From: Meiothermus sp.
Lineage (GTDB): Bacteria; Deinococcota; Deinococci; Deinococcales; Thermaceae
Assembly: GCA_033762915.1 (NCBI GenBank)
Contig: JANRLD010000075.1
Coordinates: forward strand, 14,276-78,275
Reading direction: 5' to 3'
Length of the DNA: 64,000 nucleotides
Shown here: piece by piece, positions 30,557 through 39,259 of the stretch
Position numbering within the stretch: position 1 is the first letter of the stretch
How the letters are laid out: every line of letters starts with the position of its first letter
Made by a program: the position numbers and the translations under genes
The notes under the pieces: model-generated
Database searches by the model: none
Seen by the model: only the letters and a program-made list of their open reading frames with translations
Told to the model about the DNA's origin: nothing

Positions 30557-31354
30557 ATGTTGAGTACCCGTACCCTCTCATCCGCACTTCTGGCCCTTAG
30601 CCTTTCACTTCTGGCTGCCTGCAGCAGCGCTCCACAGGCCACCGACCCCATCGACGATCTAGCGGCCTTGGCAGATGCGAATGGCGACCTCGAGGCCACC
30701 CTGAGCATCGTTTCGGTTGTTCCGAGTAGTGCTCCATCAACTGCACAAGTGCTAGGCAACGACGTTAGCTACCAATACACTTACCAAAAAATTACGTGGA
30801 CGTACCGAGGCAAAACGGGGAACGGTTTTTCACTCAGCTCGAGCACCCCCGGTTCGCAGGTTGCGGCGGCTGTAGCTGCTGGAGATCAGATGAGGATTCG
30901 GGGCCGGGTCAGAAAGGTGGGGAATGTGCCTGCGTTTGTCGGTTTCATGCACTCCCCAACCACCCAGGCTTCTGGTATTGGGGCCGCTGCAGCTACTCCG
31001 CCCACGCCTGTAATCCTCGTAGCCGAAGGCAAGACCCTGAGCGGGATACAAGTAGGTTTAATGTACGAGCTCAAGGACGTCTTAGTTTCGAGTTATGCCA
31101 TTGAAATCAATGGTCAGACTGCTGGGTGGTTCCGTACCGCCAACGGCAGTACCGCCTCGTTTCGGGTGACCTCTCCCGGCCCGCTCAACTTGCCTAGTGG
31201 GGTGTTTCAGGCCAGGTTGAGTGGAAGGATAGAGGTAGTCCAGACTTCCATCGGGCCAGTTGGAAATCTTACGGGTGTGCTGGCTTTCGGGCAAAACCAA
31301 AGTGTCCAAATTCAGGGGATTGCCGGTGCGACGGAGATTGCCGCTAAAGACTGA
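30557..31354 (+). CDS. Lipoprotein, mosaic scaffold paralog A
   Basis: SD AGGAGG, lipobox LAAC; paralogous to 31430. Confidence 0.85.
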   Translation: MLSTRTLSSALLALSLSLLAACSSAPQATDPIDDLAALADANGDLEATLSIVSVVPSSAPSTAQVLGNDVSYQYTYQKITWTYRGKTGNGFSLSSSTPGSQVAAAVAAGDQMRIRGRVRKVGNVPAFVGFMHSPTTQASGIGAAAATPPTPVILVAEGKTLSGIQVGLMYELKDVLVSSYAIEINGQTAGWFRTANGSTASFRVTSPGPLNLPSGVFQARLSGRIEVVQTSIGPVGNLTGVLAFGQNQSVQIQGIAGATEIAAKD

Positions 31355-31429
31355 GTATGGTTTTGGATGAGTTGCTTAACCCAACAGTCCCGAATCTGAA
31401 CACTGCACGCTGTAAAGGAGGAACCCGCT

Positions 31430-32194
31430 ATGTTCAACCCCCGCACCTTTTTTCTGACCCTCAGCTTCTCGCTGCTCGCTGCATGCGGCAGCGTTCCCCA
31501 GGCCACCGACCCTGTTGAAGATATAGCCGCCCTGGCCGATGCCAACGGTGACCTCGAGGCCGTCGTACAGATTCAAAGCGTTGGCTCGAGCGCGCTTCAA
31601 TCCCAGGCCGAAACCGTGCATCTGTTCTTGAGGGCCACCTACAATGGCAAGCCCATACAGGGGTTCTCCTTCGGAGCGACCCAAACCGGCACTTTCGGAG
31701 CGACCCAAACCGGCACTCAGAACGTTACAGCCGCAGTAGCTGCTGGCGACCGGATGAGGATTCGGGGTCGGGTGCGAAGCATTAAGGGTGTGCCCACCTT
31801 TGTGGGCCTTATGCAAGCAGATGGCACCCAGGCATCGGCGGCAGCAGTCCAGGCGGTTCCGGTGGCGCTGGTTGGGGGCAGCAAGGCCCTTCCGCCGGCG
31901 GGTTACTTCACCATCACCTTGGAAGACGCATTGGTCTCGGGCTACATCACCAAGCTGCGGGACTCGGACATCATCCTCTTCCGCACCGCCGACGGCAAGC
32001 CTTTTGCCAGCGCTATGTTCAAACCTACTACGGCAATCTATGCCGAACCTATTGAAGGCACTTGGAAGGTTATCCTCAACCTCAAAGGCAATGTTGTTCA
32101 AACCCCAGCCGGGCCGGTGGGGGAAGCGACCGGGCAGATCCAGATCGAAGGGCGGCAGCCGGTGGGAATCATTGCAATCCTGATCGGTTTATAG
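31430..32194 (+). CDS. Lipoprotein, mosaic scaffold paralog B
   Basis: SD AGGAGG, lipobox LAAC; shares PQATDP..AALADANGDLEA and AAVAAGDxMRIRGRVR with 30557. Confidence 0.85.
   Translation: MFNPRTFFLTLSFSLLAACGSVPQATDPVEDIAALADANGDLEAVVQIQSVGSSALQSQAETVHLFLRATYNGKPIQGFSFGATQTGTFGATQTGTQNVTAAVAAGDRMRIRGRVRSIKGVPTFVGLMQADGTQASAAAVQAVPVALVGGSKALPPAGYFTITLEDALVSGYITKLRDSDIILFRTADGKPFASAMFKPTTAIYAEPIEGTWKVILNLKGNVVQTPAGPVGEATGQIQIEGRQPVGIIAILIGL
31670..31717 (+). repeat. Perfect 24-bp in-frame tandem duplication (FGATQTGT x2)
   Basis: TTCGGAGCGACCCAAACCGGCACT twice. Confidence 0.95.
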
Positions 32195-32290
32195 GTGTTC
32201 AAAGCGCCTCAAGCAAGAGTCGAGTAGGAAGGGCTTGGCTCGAGGCGCTTACTGTCTAACTGCCCGAGCAGACAAAACACGGAGCCAATC

Positions 32291-33181
32291 ATGCGACCAA
32301 AACTATTCCTTGTAGCCTTGTGCGTTTTGGCGGCGCAGGTGTTTGCACAAACCTACCGCCCCACCGTGCAACTCACCGACCTGATGGGTTTGCGCTTTTT
32401 CCCCAGTTCCGGACTGCTTCAGTTTGATGGTGCGCAGCTGGCCTTTCCCAAGGCGGGCGAGAGCTATGCCCTCGAGTTACGTCAAGTGGGCGGGGCGACC
32501 ATCTACAAAACCGATTTGAACCTCGAGGGGGTGAGCGGGTTCCCGGCTTTCGGCTGGCTGGCCCCGGTGGAGCGCGGCTCGGAGAAGTTCAAGCTGACCC
32601 AAGGTGGCAAATACGAACTGGTGGTTCGGATGGGCGGCCAGGTCCTGAGCAGCGTGGCCTTCGAGGCCAAGGCTACCGGCAGCGGTGATGCCTTCAACCC
32701 AGGCCAATCCTTCCGCCTAATCGGCCCCTGGGACAAACTGGCCTACCTCTATTCCAGGGACGGCGACCCCAATGCCAAACTGTATGTGGTGGGTTGGGTG
32801 ACGGACGCTGAGTTCGGACCCAACCGCGACGATAGGTGGGTGACGGTGCAGATTACCAGGGGCGCAAAGGTGTTGTGCAGGTCGGTGGTGTTTGTGGATG
32901 CACCCCACTGGGGCCGCTACCGCTTTGACGTGGCCAAAGCCAACAACGCCCAATGCACCCTGGCCGACATCACCCAGGCCAATGGCGATTATGTGCTCGA
33001 GTTCCGCTCCAAGACCAAGCTGCTACGGCGCTTCAACTTCAAGGTGGCGGGCAAGCAGATCCAGCGCATCGCCCGCAACACCCTGCCTTTCCTGAGCAGC
33101 AACTGGGGCGGAATTCCCTCTAAGCTGGTCAACAGCGACCTCGTGCTGCAAGAGATGTTCTGGCTCGAGGCCGCGAGGTAA
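32291..33181 (+). CDS. Secreted protein, unknown function
   Basis: Signal peptide (VFA-Q), GC3-rich ORF. Confidence 0.8.
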   Translation: MRPKLFLVALCVLAAQVFAQTYRPTVQLTDLMGLRFFPSSGLLQFDGAQLAFPKAGESYALELRQVGGATIYKTDLNLEGVSGFPAFGWLAPVERGSEKFKLTQGGKYELVVRMGGQVLSSVAFEAKATGSGDAFNPGQSFRLIGPWDKLAYLYSRDGDPNAKLYVVGWVTDAEFGPNRDDRWVTVQITRGAKVLCRSVVFVDAPHWGRYRFDVAKANNAQCTLADITQANGDYVLEFRSKTKLLRRFNFKVAGKQIQRIARNTLPFLSSNWGGIPSKLVNSDLVLQEMFWLEAAR

Positions 33182-33223
33182 TGCCGGGTTGGTGCGGTCA
33201 CCCGCGATAGACGGAGTGCATCC

Positions 33224-33829
33224 ATGAGCGAACATCTGAAACGTGCGATTATCGTCCTGGCGGGACTGTTGGGTCTGGCCCTGGCCCAGGAGCCGGCGGG
33301 CCGCTCGCTGCGGGCGGGGCTGGCCGAGAGCAAAGCCCTGCTCGAGATGTCCGCCCCCAACCCCGTCTCTATCTCCGGCTTCAAAGAGAGCTACAGCTAC
33401 CGCCTAACCCTCTCCGACGTGTTTTTTGACACCAAGGGCAGCACCACCTTTGGGTTGGTGCTGGCCTCGAGGGCCGGCGGGGCGGCCGATACGGTCAGCT
33501 TTACCTTTGCTGGCCCCTATAGCGCCCTTCAGCCCGCCATCGCCAATGCCTTTCACCTGCTGATGTGGGGTGGGATTTGCCTGGGCGTACCCAAGGAGAT
33601 CATGCCCACCCTCAACCAGGGCCCCGAGTTCTTCGGCCAGCTGGTCCAGGCCTTGCAACAGCGCAGCTCTGCGGGCTTCAGCAAGGTCTACAACGGTGTC
33701 AGCTACAGCTTCGGCAACCTCGAGTTCGCCGGCACCACCGCCCGCTTCACGGTCACCTTGCAAAACCCTGGTCGTCCCGGCCTGGGCGGATGGAAAGAAG
33801 CCTGTTCGACCAACGATCCCCTCCGCTAG
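33224..33829 (+). CDS. Secreted protein, unknown function
   Basis: Signal peptide (ALA-Q), SD GGAG. Confidence 0.75.
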   Translation: MSEHLKRAIIVLAGLLGLALAQEPAGRSLRAGLAESKALLEMSAPNPVSISGFKESYSYRLTLSDVFFDTKGSTTFGLVLASRAGGAADTVSFTFAGPYSALQPAIANAFHLLMWGGICLGVPKEIMPTLNQGPEFFGQLVQALQQRSSAGFSKVYNGVSYSFGNLEFAGTTARFTVTLQNPGRPGLGGWKEACSTNDPLR

Positions 33830-33838
33830 ACCACCTTG

Positions 33839-33870
33839 TTAAGACCTTGTATAGACCCCAGCGCCACACT
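33839..33870 (+). promoter_or_regulatory. SARP-type site: TTAAGAC/TATAGAC + -10 CACACT
   Basis: Heptamers at 33839 and 33850; 8 bp to -10. Confidence 0.75.
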
Positions 33871-33891
33871 GTAGCCAGGAGGAGGGAGACC

Positions 33892-34314
33892 ATGAAGACA
33901 ATGTTGAAAGTGGCGGCTGTAGCCTTGGTTTTTACCCTGCTGGCGGGGTGTGGGCAAATGACACAAGGCTCTGGAGAGCTTCTGGCCCAATACGATTTGC
34001 CGGGGGTTGGGCTTGCGATCTTGCGGAACCCCCCAACCGCTAAGGGCACCGACGTGGCGATGGAAGAGTTGATGCTGGCGACAGACGCTCACGACCGCTA
34101 CGCCAACCTCGAGGTGGCCTACTTTACCGCCAGAGGGAGCGTCGCCTCGGGCTGGATTTCCTTCAAGGGAGGAGCTTCCCCAGGAGCGAGGGGCCGGTTC
34201 AGCGGCACGGGACAGTGGGTACAGACCGCCCAGGGAATGGTCTTGTACGCCGAGGGTTGGGTGGTTTTTGAACCCAACAACGAGCCGCTGTGGGCGCAGA
34301 TGGTTTCGAGGTGA
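33892..34314 (+). CDS. Small lipoprotein carrying CIS tube-like and AAA-ATPase-like segments
   Basis: SD GGAGG, lipobox LAGC. Confidence 0.8.
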   Translation: MKTMLKVAAVALVFTLLAGCGQMTQGSGELLAQYDLPGVGLAILRNPPTAKGTDVAMEELMLATDAHDRYANLEVAYFTARGSVASGWISFKGGASPGARGRFSGTGQWVQTAQGMVLYAEGWVVFEPNNEPLWAQMVSR

Positions 34315-34317
34315 GCC

Positions 34318-34797
34318 GTGCGGATTCGCGTGACCACCGGTACCGGCGAAGGCCCCACGCCCCAGGCCGCCTTCGACGCCGCCCTCCGCAGCGCGGGGGT
34401 GGCCAACTACAACCTGCTCGAGTTGTCCTCGGTGATCCCGACGGGCAGCCGTATTGAGCGGTGCAAGCCCACCAGCAGCGCGGGGGAGTACGGACACCGT
34501 CTGTACGTGGTGGTGGCGCGGAGGCTCGAAAAAGAGCACGGTAAAACCGCGTGGGCGGGGCTGGGTTGGACGCAGGAAAGGTCCAGTGGGCGCGGTCTAT
34601 TTGTCGAGATCGAGGGTCCGAGCCTCAGCCAGGTTGAGCAGGAGATAGACCTCACCCTTGAGGCCATGAAATCCGCTCGCCCCATTCCCTACGGCAACAA
34701 CGAGTCGGAAATCGTAGGCATCGAATGCCGGGGAAACCCCGTGTGTGCGCTGGCAGTAGCGGTGTACCAGAGTAAGGGTTGGGCGAAGAGGGTTTAG
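34318..34797 (+). CDS. Pyruvoyl-dependent arginine decarboxylase family protein
   Basis: GEGPT..AAFDAAL..AGVANYNLLELSSVIP (Ser-Ser cleavage site). Confidence 0.85.
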   Translation: MRIRVTTGTGEGPTPQAAFDAALRSAGVANYNLLELSSVIPTGSRIERCKPTSSAGEYGHRLYVVVARRLEKEHGKTAWAGLGWTQERSSGRGLFVEIEGPSLSQVEQEIDLTLEAMKSARPIPYGNNESEIVGIECRGNPVCALAVAVYQSKGWAKRV

Positions 34798-34803
34798 GTG
34801 TCT

Positions 34804-34946
34804 TGGTTGCAACGCGAATTGTCGCCCGCCAGCTCCCGCAGGGAAATGCGCCCAGGGTAGCCACTCAGCGGCTGTGGCGCACGCCACTCCGCCTTGGCAC
34901 ATATTTACCGAATCCGCCATTTCCGCACTTCTACCCTGGCGCAACT
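34804..34946. repeat. MITE-like dispersed repeat, long copy
   Basis: GTTGC...GCAAC termini; homologous to 26848-26992. Confidence 0.7.
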
Positions 34947-34963
34947 TTAGTAAGGAGAACATC

Positions 34964-35506
34964 ATGAAAAAAGCGCTCTTCACAGCCGCAACACTCGCAG
35001 CCTTCGCGCTGGCCCAGGTCAACTGGCCCGCCCCCATCATCGGGATTCCCAACCACACTGCCCGAGATCAGGTCATGACCGCGACTGGAAAACTCGAGCA
35101 AGGCCGGCCGCTCGAGGATTTGAGCTGGGCAGCCAGCAGCCAGATTGCCTGTTTCCCCGCCACCCAGTTCGAGAAGTACCGGGGCAATCATGTCTTTTTC
35201 GCCATTCAGCTGCCCCGCCAGTCCACCATGATCATCAAGTTGATCCCCAAAGATTCCAGCCAAAACCTCAGTCTGTACGCCTACAGCATCGGCACCCGAG
35301 ATGCCACCCTGCCACCCAAAATTGCCCGGGTGACCTCTTGCGAGTCGAGCGAGAAGTGGGACCGGCCGGTGGCGGGAAAAACCCAGGACCACACCAGAAG
35401 CGTGGAGTTGCGGGCCATCCAAAACCCCTACAACGTCATCATCGGAGTCAGCGGCCCCAAGGAGGCGGTGGCGGGTGAGTTCACCCTCGAGGTCCTGCTG
35501 AAGTAG
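34964..35506 (+). CDS. Secreted protein, unknown function
   Basis: SD AAGGAG, signal peptide ALA-Q. Confidence 0.8.
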   Translation: MKKALFTAATLAAFALAQVNWPAPIIGIPNHTARDQVMTATGKLEQGRPLEDLSWAASSQIACFPATQFEKYRGNHVFFAIQLPRQSTMIIKLIPKDSSQNLSLYAYSIGTRDATLPPKIARVTSCESSEKWDRPVAGKTQDHTRSVELRAIQNPYNVIIGVSGPKEAVAGEFTLEVLLK

Positions 35507-35531
35507 GGTTGGCTCGAGATCTGACAAAGCC

Positions 35532-35999
35532 ATGAGCGACGAACTGTTCAACTTTCTGGTGGTGCTGGGCCTGATTGGCGTGTTTTTACTCCTCTGTGGG
35601 CTGGCCCTGTGGGGCCTGGGAATGCTGTCACTCTGGCTGCTCTTGCTCAAGGGCTTTGCCGGGTTGTTGGCCGCGAACGTGGCCTGGGTGATGTTATCCA
35701 CGTTGATTGGAAGTTTTGTTCGCCTCGAGCCGACCGAGTGGTGGGTATTTGGCCTAAACCTGGTACTGACGCTGGGACTGGTGATTGGCTGGAGTGTGTA
35801 TCTGGTGCAGATCGTGCAGGTACAGGGATTCTCCAGCCTGCCGGGAGCCGTCACGGCCTATACCCTCGGACTTCTGCCCAGCGGCTTGGGTATCTTGCTG
35901 GTGGGAGCCTTCTTCCACGGCACCCTATACCGAATTGCAGGGCTGGCGGTGGGAGTCTCGAGCTACATCATCCTTGTGCTGGTCGCCCTCTTCTCTTGA
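35532..35999 (+). CDS. Membrane protein
   Basis: About 5 hydrophobic helices. Confidence 0.7.
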   Translation: MSDELFNFLVVLGLIGVFLLLCGLALWGLGMLSLWLLLLKGFAGLLAANVAWVMLSTLIGSFVRLEPTEWWVFGLNLVLTLGLVIGWSVYLVQIVQVQGFSSLPGAVTAYTLGLLPSGLGILLVGAFFHGTLYRIAGLAVGVSSYIILVLVALFS

Positions 36000-36528
36000 T
36001 GTGGTCGCTTCTCACTATTCATTATGCGGATTCGTATACAATATGCTCTAGGTTTGGCCCAGCGCCAAGCCCAAATCCAAGGCGAAAAGTTGCTGTTCGT
36101 CCATTGCTGCTCAGCGGCCTCGCCTGAAAGCTAGGAAGTGTTATGTTCAAACGCCCAAAACGCACCGATCAGAAGCAAAAGACCATCACCGCCGAACCCA
36201 AGCCTCAATCTGGTTTCCAACTGGCCCTCTCGGCCCTGCTGGACATGCTGGGGCAACCCAGCCAGCGCCGCACCTTCGAACACTAAAGACCGGGTTTCCA
36301 ACCTGGGCTCGAGCAATGCGCTCGAGCCTTTTCTTGTTTAATGTGGACGCTCGAGATCTACCTCGCATTCCATCAATACCCCTCAAGCGGAAGCTCCGAT
36401 GTGCACGGTAAATTGCGCCCGCTCTGGCTCCGGCTTGAGCACATCCCAGACCGGCGCTACGCTGCGAACTGCCGAAAAGACGATAGCCTATATCGGTTCA
36501 CTGTGCGTATAGACCGGTGGAGGCTGCT

Positions 36529-36948
36529 ATGAAACGACTGGTTCTGGTTGGGATGTTGGCGGTGGGGGTTCTGGCCCAGAGTTTGGGTGGGGTCCCGCGC
36601 AATTACGCGGGCTTTGCGGCCTGGGAAAAGGTGGCGACAGCCGGCTTGCCCACCGGTGGCCCGCATGCCGGTCGTGAAAAGGTCGTGTATGCCAACCCAA
36701 CAGCCTTCAAGGACTGGAAGAGCGGCAAGCCCCTGCCGGTGGGGAGCATCGTAGTTAAGATTGCCGGGCCGGCGGCCGCCCCTACCTTGATTGCCACCAT
36801 GGAAAAGCGTCCAGCTGGCTGGTACTACGAGGAATATTTCCCCGAGAACGGGCGATACGTGCTCAAGTTTGGAGGCCCCAACGGTCAGAACCTGTGTGTG
36901 AGCTGCCACACCGGGGCCAAAGCCAAGGATTATCTGTTTGTCCGCTGA
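36529..36948 (+). CDS. Cytochrome P460-family c-type heme protein
   Basis: Signal peptide, PVGSIVVK, C-terminal CVSCH..DYLF. Confidence 0.8.
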   Translation: MKRLVLVGMLAVGVLAQSLGGVPRNYAGFAAWEKVATAGLPTGGPHAGREKVVYANPTAFKDWKSGKPLPVGSIVVKIAGPAAAPTLIATMEKRPAGWYYEEYFPENGRYVLKFGGPNGQNLCVSCHTGAKAKDYLFVR

Positions 36949-37293
36949 ACCATTCGTCAGCGAGCTTTGCGGTTCATCCATTCGTGTTTCCCACCATTAC
37001 CTCCCTCGCGGCGGCAGGTAAAGCACTCCCTTCAGCAAAAATCGCTGTAGGGAGTATGCGTGGGAACCGCTTATGACCTGGGCAGGTATCTAGACCGCTG
37101 CTGCCAAATTCGGCCTGAAGCTCCTCGAGCGGGCCAAGCCGGGTAGGGTCCAAGCCCGGCTGGTGGACGATCATCTCCGGTGTTGGGCCAGCTCGAGTTC
37201 AGGGCCACCATTGGTGTGCTCCCTTTTCTCCCGGGCGAATACATCAGCATCAAGGGGGGCCTGGCCATTGCGCCAAACCCCGGTCGTCGCCCC

Positions 37294-37908
37294 TTAACCC
37301 TCGCGCCGCTGCAGCTGCACCAGGCGCATCAAGGCCAGCGCGGTGAACTCTTCCCACTCATCGGGCACCGGGTCTACGGCCTCGAGCAAATACCGGCGCT
37401 CAAAAATCGAGCGCTGTTTGCGCATGCGGTAGCGTAGCTTGCCGTAGCTGTCCTCCATCACGTAGGTGGGATTGACGAAGTAAGTCAGGGCTGCGGCGGC
37501 CGCCCAGCCGATGACCGGAATGTCGTCAAGAAAGTTGGCCAGCACGTCGGTCATAGCCAGCCAGGGGTTCTCCTCCTTAACGTGATAGATGGTGTTGCCC
37601 TCGGCATCCCGGACAAAGTACCGGGCTTGCCAGATCGAGCCCCAGCCGTCGTTCTCGAAGGTGGCGAATAGGCTGCCGTCCATGTGCTTAACCTGGTGCT
37701 TGGCCCCAAAGCCGATGATCTGATTGGCCTCGAGGGTGTAGAGCGGTTGGGTTTTGGCCTGGTCGGCAAACACCGTGGTGGCCTCGCGCAAGGTGAACAG
37801 CTTCTGCTTGAAGGTCATCACGTTTTTGCCCGAGGCGTCCATCAGGTGCATCTCGGGCGTGAGCGCGAGCAGCTTGAAAGTGACGTTGAGGGGGTAGGTC
37901 AGGGCCAT
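37294..37908 (-). CDS. LURP-one/scramblase-like protein
   Basis: KQKLFTLREATTVFAD pattern; TATCCT 6 nt before ATG. Confidence 0.65.
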   Translation of the reverse strand: MALTYPLNVTFKLLALTPEMHLMDASGKNVMTFKQKLFTLREATTVFADQAKTQPLYTLEANQIIGFGAKHQVKHMDGSLFATFENDGWGSIWQARYFVRDAEGNTIYHVKEENPWLAMTDVLANFLDDIPVIGWAAAAALTYFVNPTYVMEDSYGKLRYRMRKQRSIFERRYLLEAVDPVPDEWEEFTALALMRLVQLQRREG

Positions 37909-38167
37909 GAGAAAAGGATAACAGGGGACACCGCAGTTAGGGAGAAGATGAAGTGCGAGGGCTGCGGTCGCCAAACCTGGTTTAGGTTGCGCCATACTGA
38001 GATTGCAGGACTTCAGCACAGCCTCATCAGCGAGTGGCTTTTGGGCGCAATTGCCCGATCTATCGGTGAGTGCGGATGCTGCAATTCCACTATGGAGATG
38101 TTTAGTTGACGTGGCTCCGGCTCTTCGGTGATGCCGTCGCGAGCGCTATCCCCACAGGTTTGGTGGC

Positions 38168-38557
38168 TCAGTTTAGCATACGGAACGGTTTACGCAGCTC
38201 AAACCTCGGAATCCGCACCCGGAACAGCTCGCCCAGCACGGTCTGGAAGGTGTAAAAGCCATGCATCGATCCGGGCGGGCTGGCGAGGGGGCAGAAGGAG
38301 TTGTACTGGTAGATCTGGCCTGGCTCGAGGATTGGCTTGTGACCGACCACACCCTCGTCGTTGACATAGCCGACCTGGGTTTCGCCCTCAAGGATGAACC
38401 ACTCGCGCCGAAGCAGTTGCACCGTCTCGGGCCCTCGGTTCTCAAGGGTGATGAAGTAAACGAACATTTCGTGCCCGGGCCGGCTGTGCTGGGCCGCATA
38501 GGCCACCTCGACCGAGACCACAACCTCCTCTCGGATGGGTAGGGTGGATTCTGCCAT
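38168..38557 (-). CDS. apaG: ApaG family protein
   Basis: YFITLEN..VQLLRREWFI..EGVVG..P.LEPG..YNS.CPL..P.GSMHG. Confidence 0.92.
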   Translation of the reverse strand: MAESTLPIREEVVVSVEVAYAAQHSRPGHEMFVYFITLENRGPETVQLLRREWFILEGETQVGYVNDEGVVGHKPILEPGQIYQYNSFCPLASPPGSMHGFYTFQTVLGELFRVRIPRFELRKPFRMLN

Positions 38558-38654
38558 TTGACCTACCCTAAACCATTTTTCAGCCGAAGGGTTGTCGCAG
38601 GTGACATATTCTGTCATAATCGTAACGTTTGGTCGCAGTATGAAAGGAGCCGCT

Positions 38655-39137
38655 ATGGACTATCCCGAGCACGAGAAGTTCAGCCACCCCGGTCTCACCG
38701 CCTCGCTGTTGAGCGCCCTCGAGATGGCCATGCTGGGCGACGAGAAAGACCCCAAGTACGGTTGGTATAACGGTCTGCTCGCAAGCCTCGAGCCCGTTGG
38801 CGCGGAACAGGCGGGTTGGTCGGCCGTGAACGGCGGCAGCACCGTCGCTGCGCATGCTGACCACATTCTGGTCACGTTTCGCTTCGTCCAGGCCATGTTC
38901 GGGGGGCACGAGTTTCAGCCCGATTGGGGTGCCTCTTGGCACCAGCGCTCCCGGCCTGGCAAGGCCGATTGGGACCAGCTCAAGGTGGACTTGCGGCGTG
39001 AGTACGAGGCCACGCGGGAGCTAATCGAGGCCAGGCCTTACTGGCGGGAGTCCGGATTCACCCAGATGCTCCACCATATTGCCCATATCGCCTATCACGC
39101 CTCGGCGGTGCGTCAGATTTTGAAGGCTGCGGGATAG
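38655..39137 (+). CDS. DinB-like protein
   Basis: TVAAHADH and HIAYHASAVRQ; SD AAGGAG. Confidence 0.75.
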   Translation: MDYPEHEKFSHPGLTASLLSALEMAMLGDEKDPKYGWYNGLLASLEPVGAEQAGWSAVNGGSTVAAHADHILVTFRFVQAMFGGHEFQPDWGASWHQRSRPGKADWDQLKVDLRREYEATRELIEARPYWRESGFTQMLHHIAHIAYHASAVRQILKAAG

Positions 39138-39259
39138 CTTCGAGCCCCGCCCATTATGATCGGAGTTGAGATGCGCAAGAGGCCAACCGACACCTCGAAG
39201 GTTTACCGGGCTAATCGAAATCGAATCGCGAACGGGCGTGGGCCGGCGCTGTGGAAGTT

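Noticed and set aside
30395..34314. A real T6SS or eCIS gene cluster
   Set aside because: Only short motifs inside signal-peptide-bearing proteins; no sheath, baseplate, VgrG or full ATPase (no Walker motifs).
27429..34314. Diversity-generating retroelement as the source of variation
   Set aside because: No reverse transcriptase and no TR/VR pair with adenine-specific differences seen in this window.
36000..36500. Short ORFs or a pseudogene in the long intergenic gap
   Set aside because: No recognisable motif or consistent coding frame.
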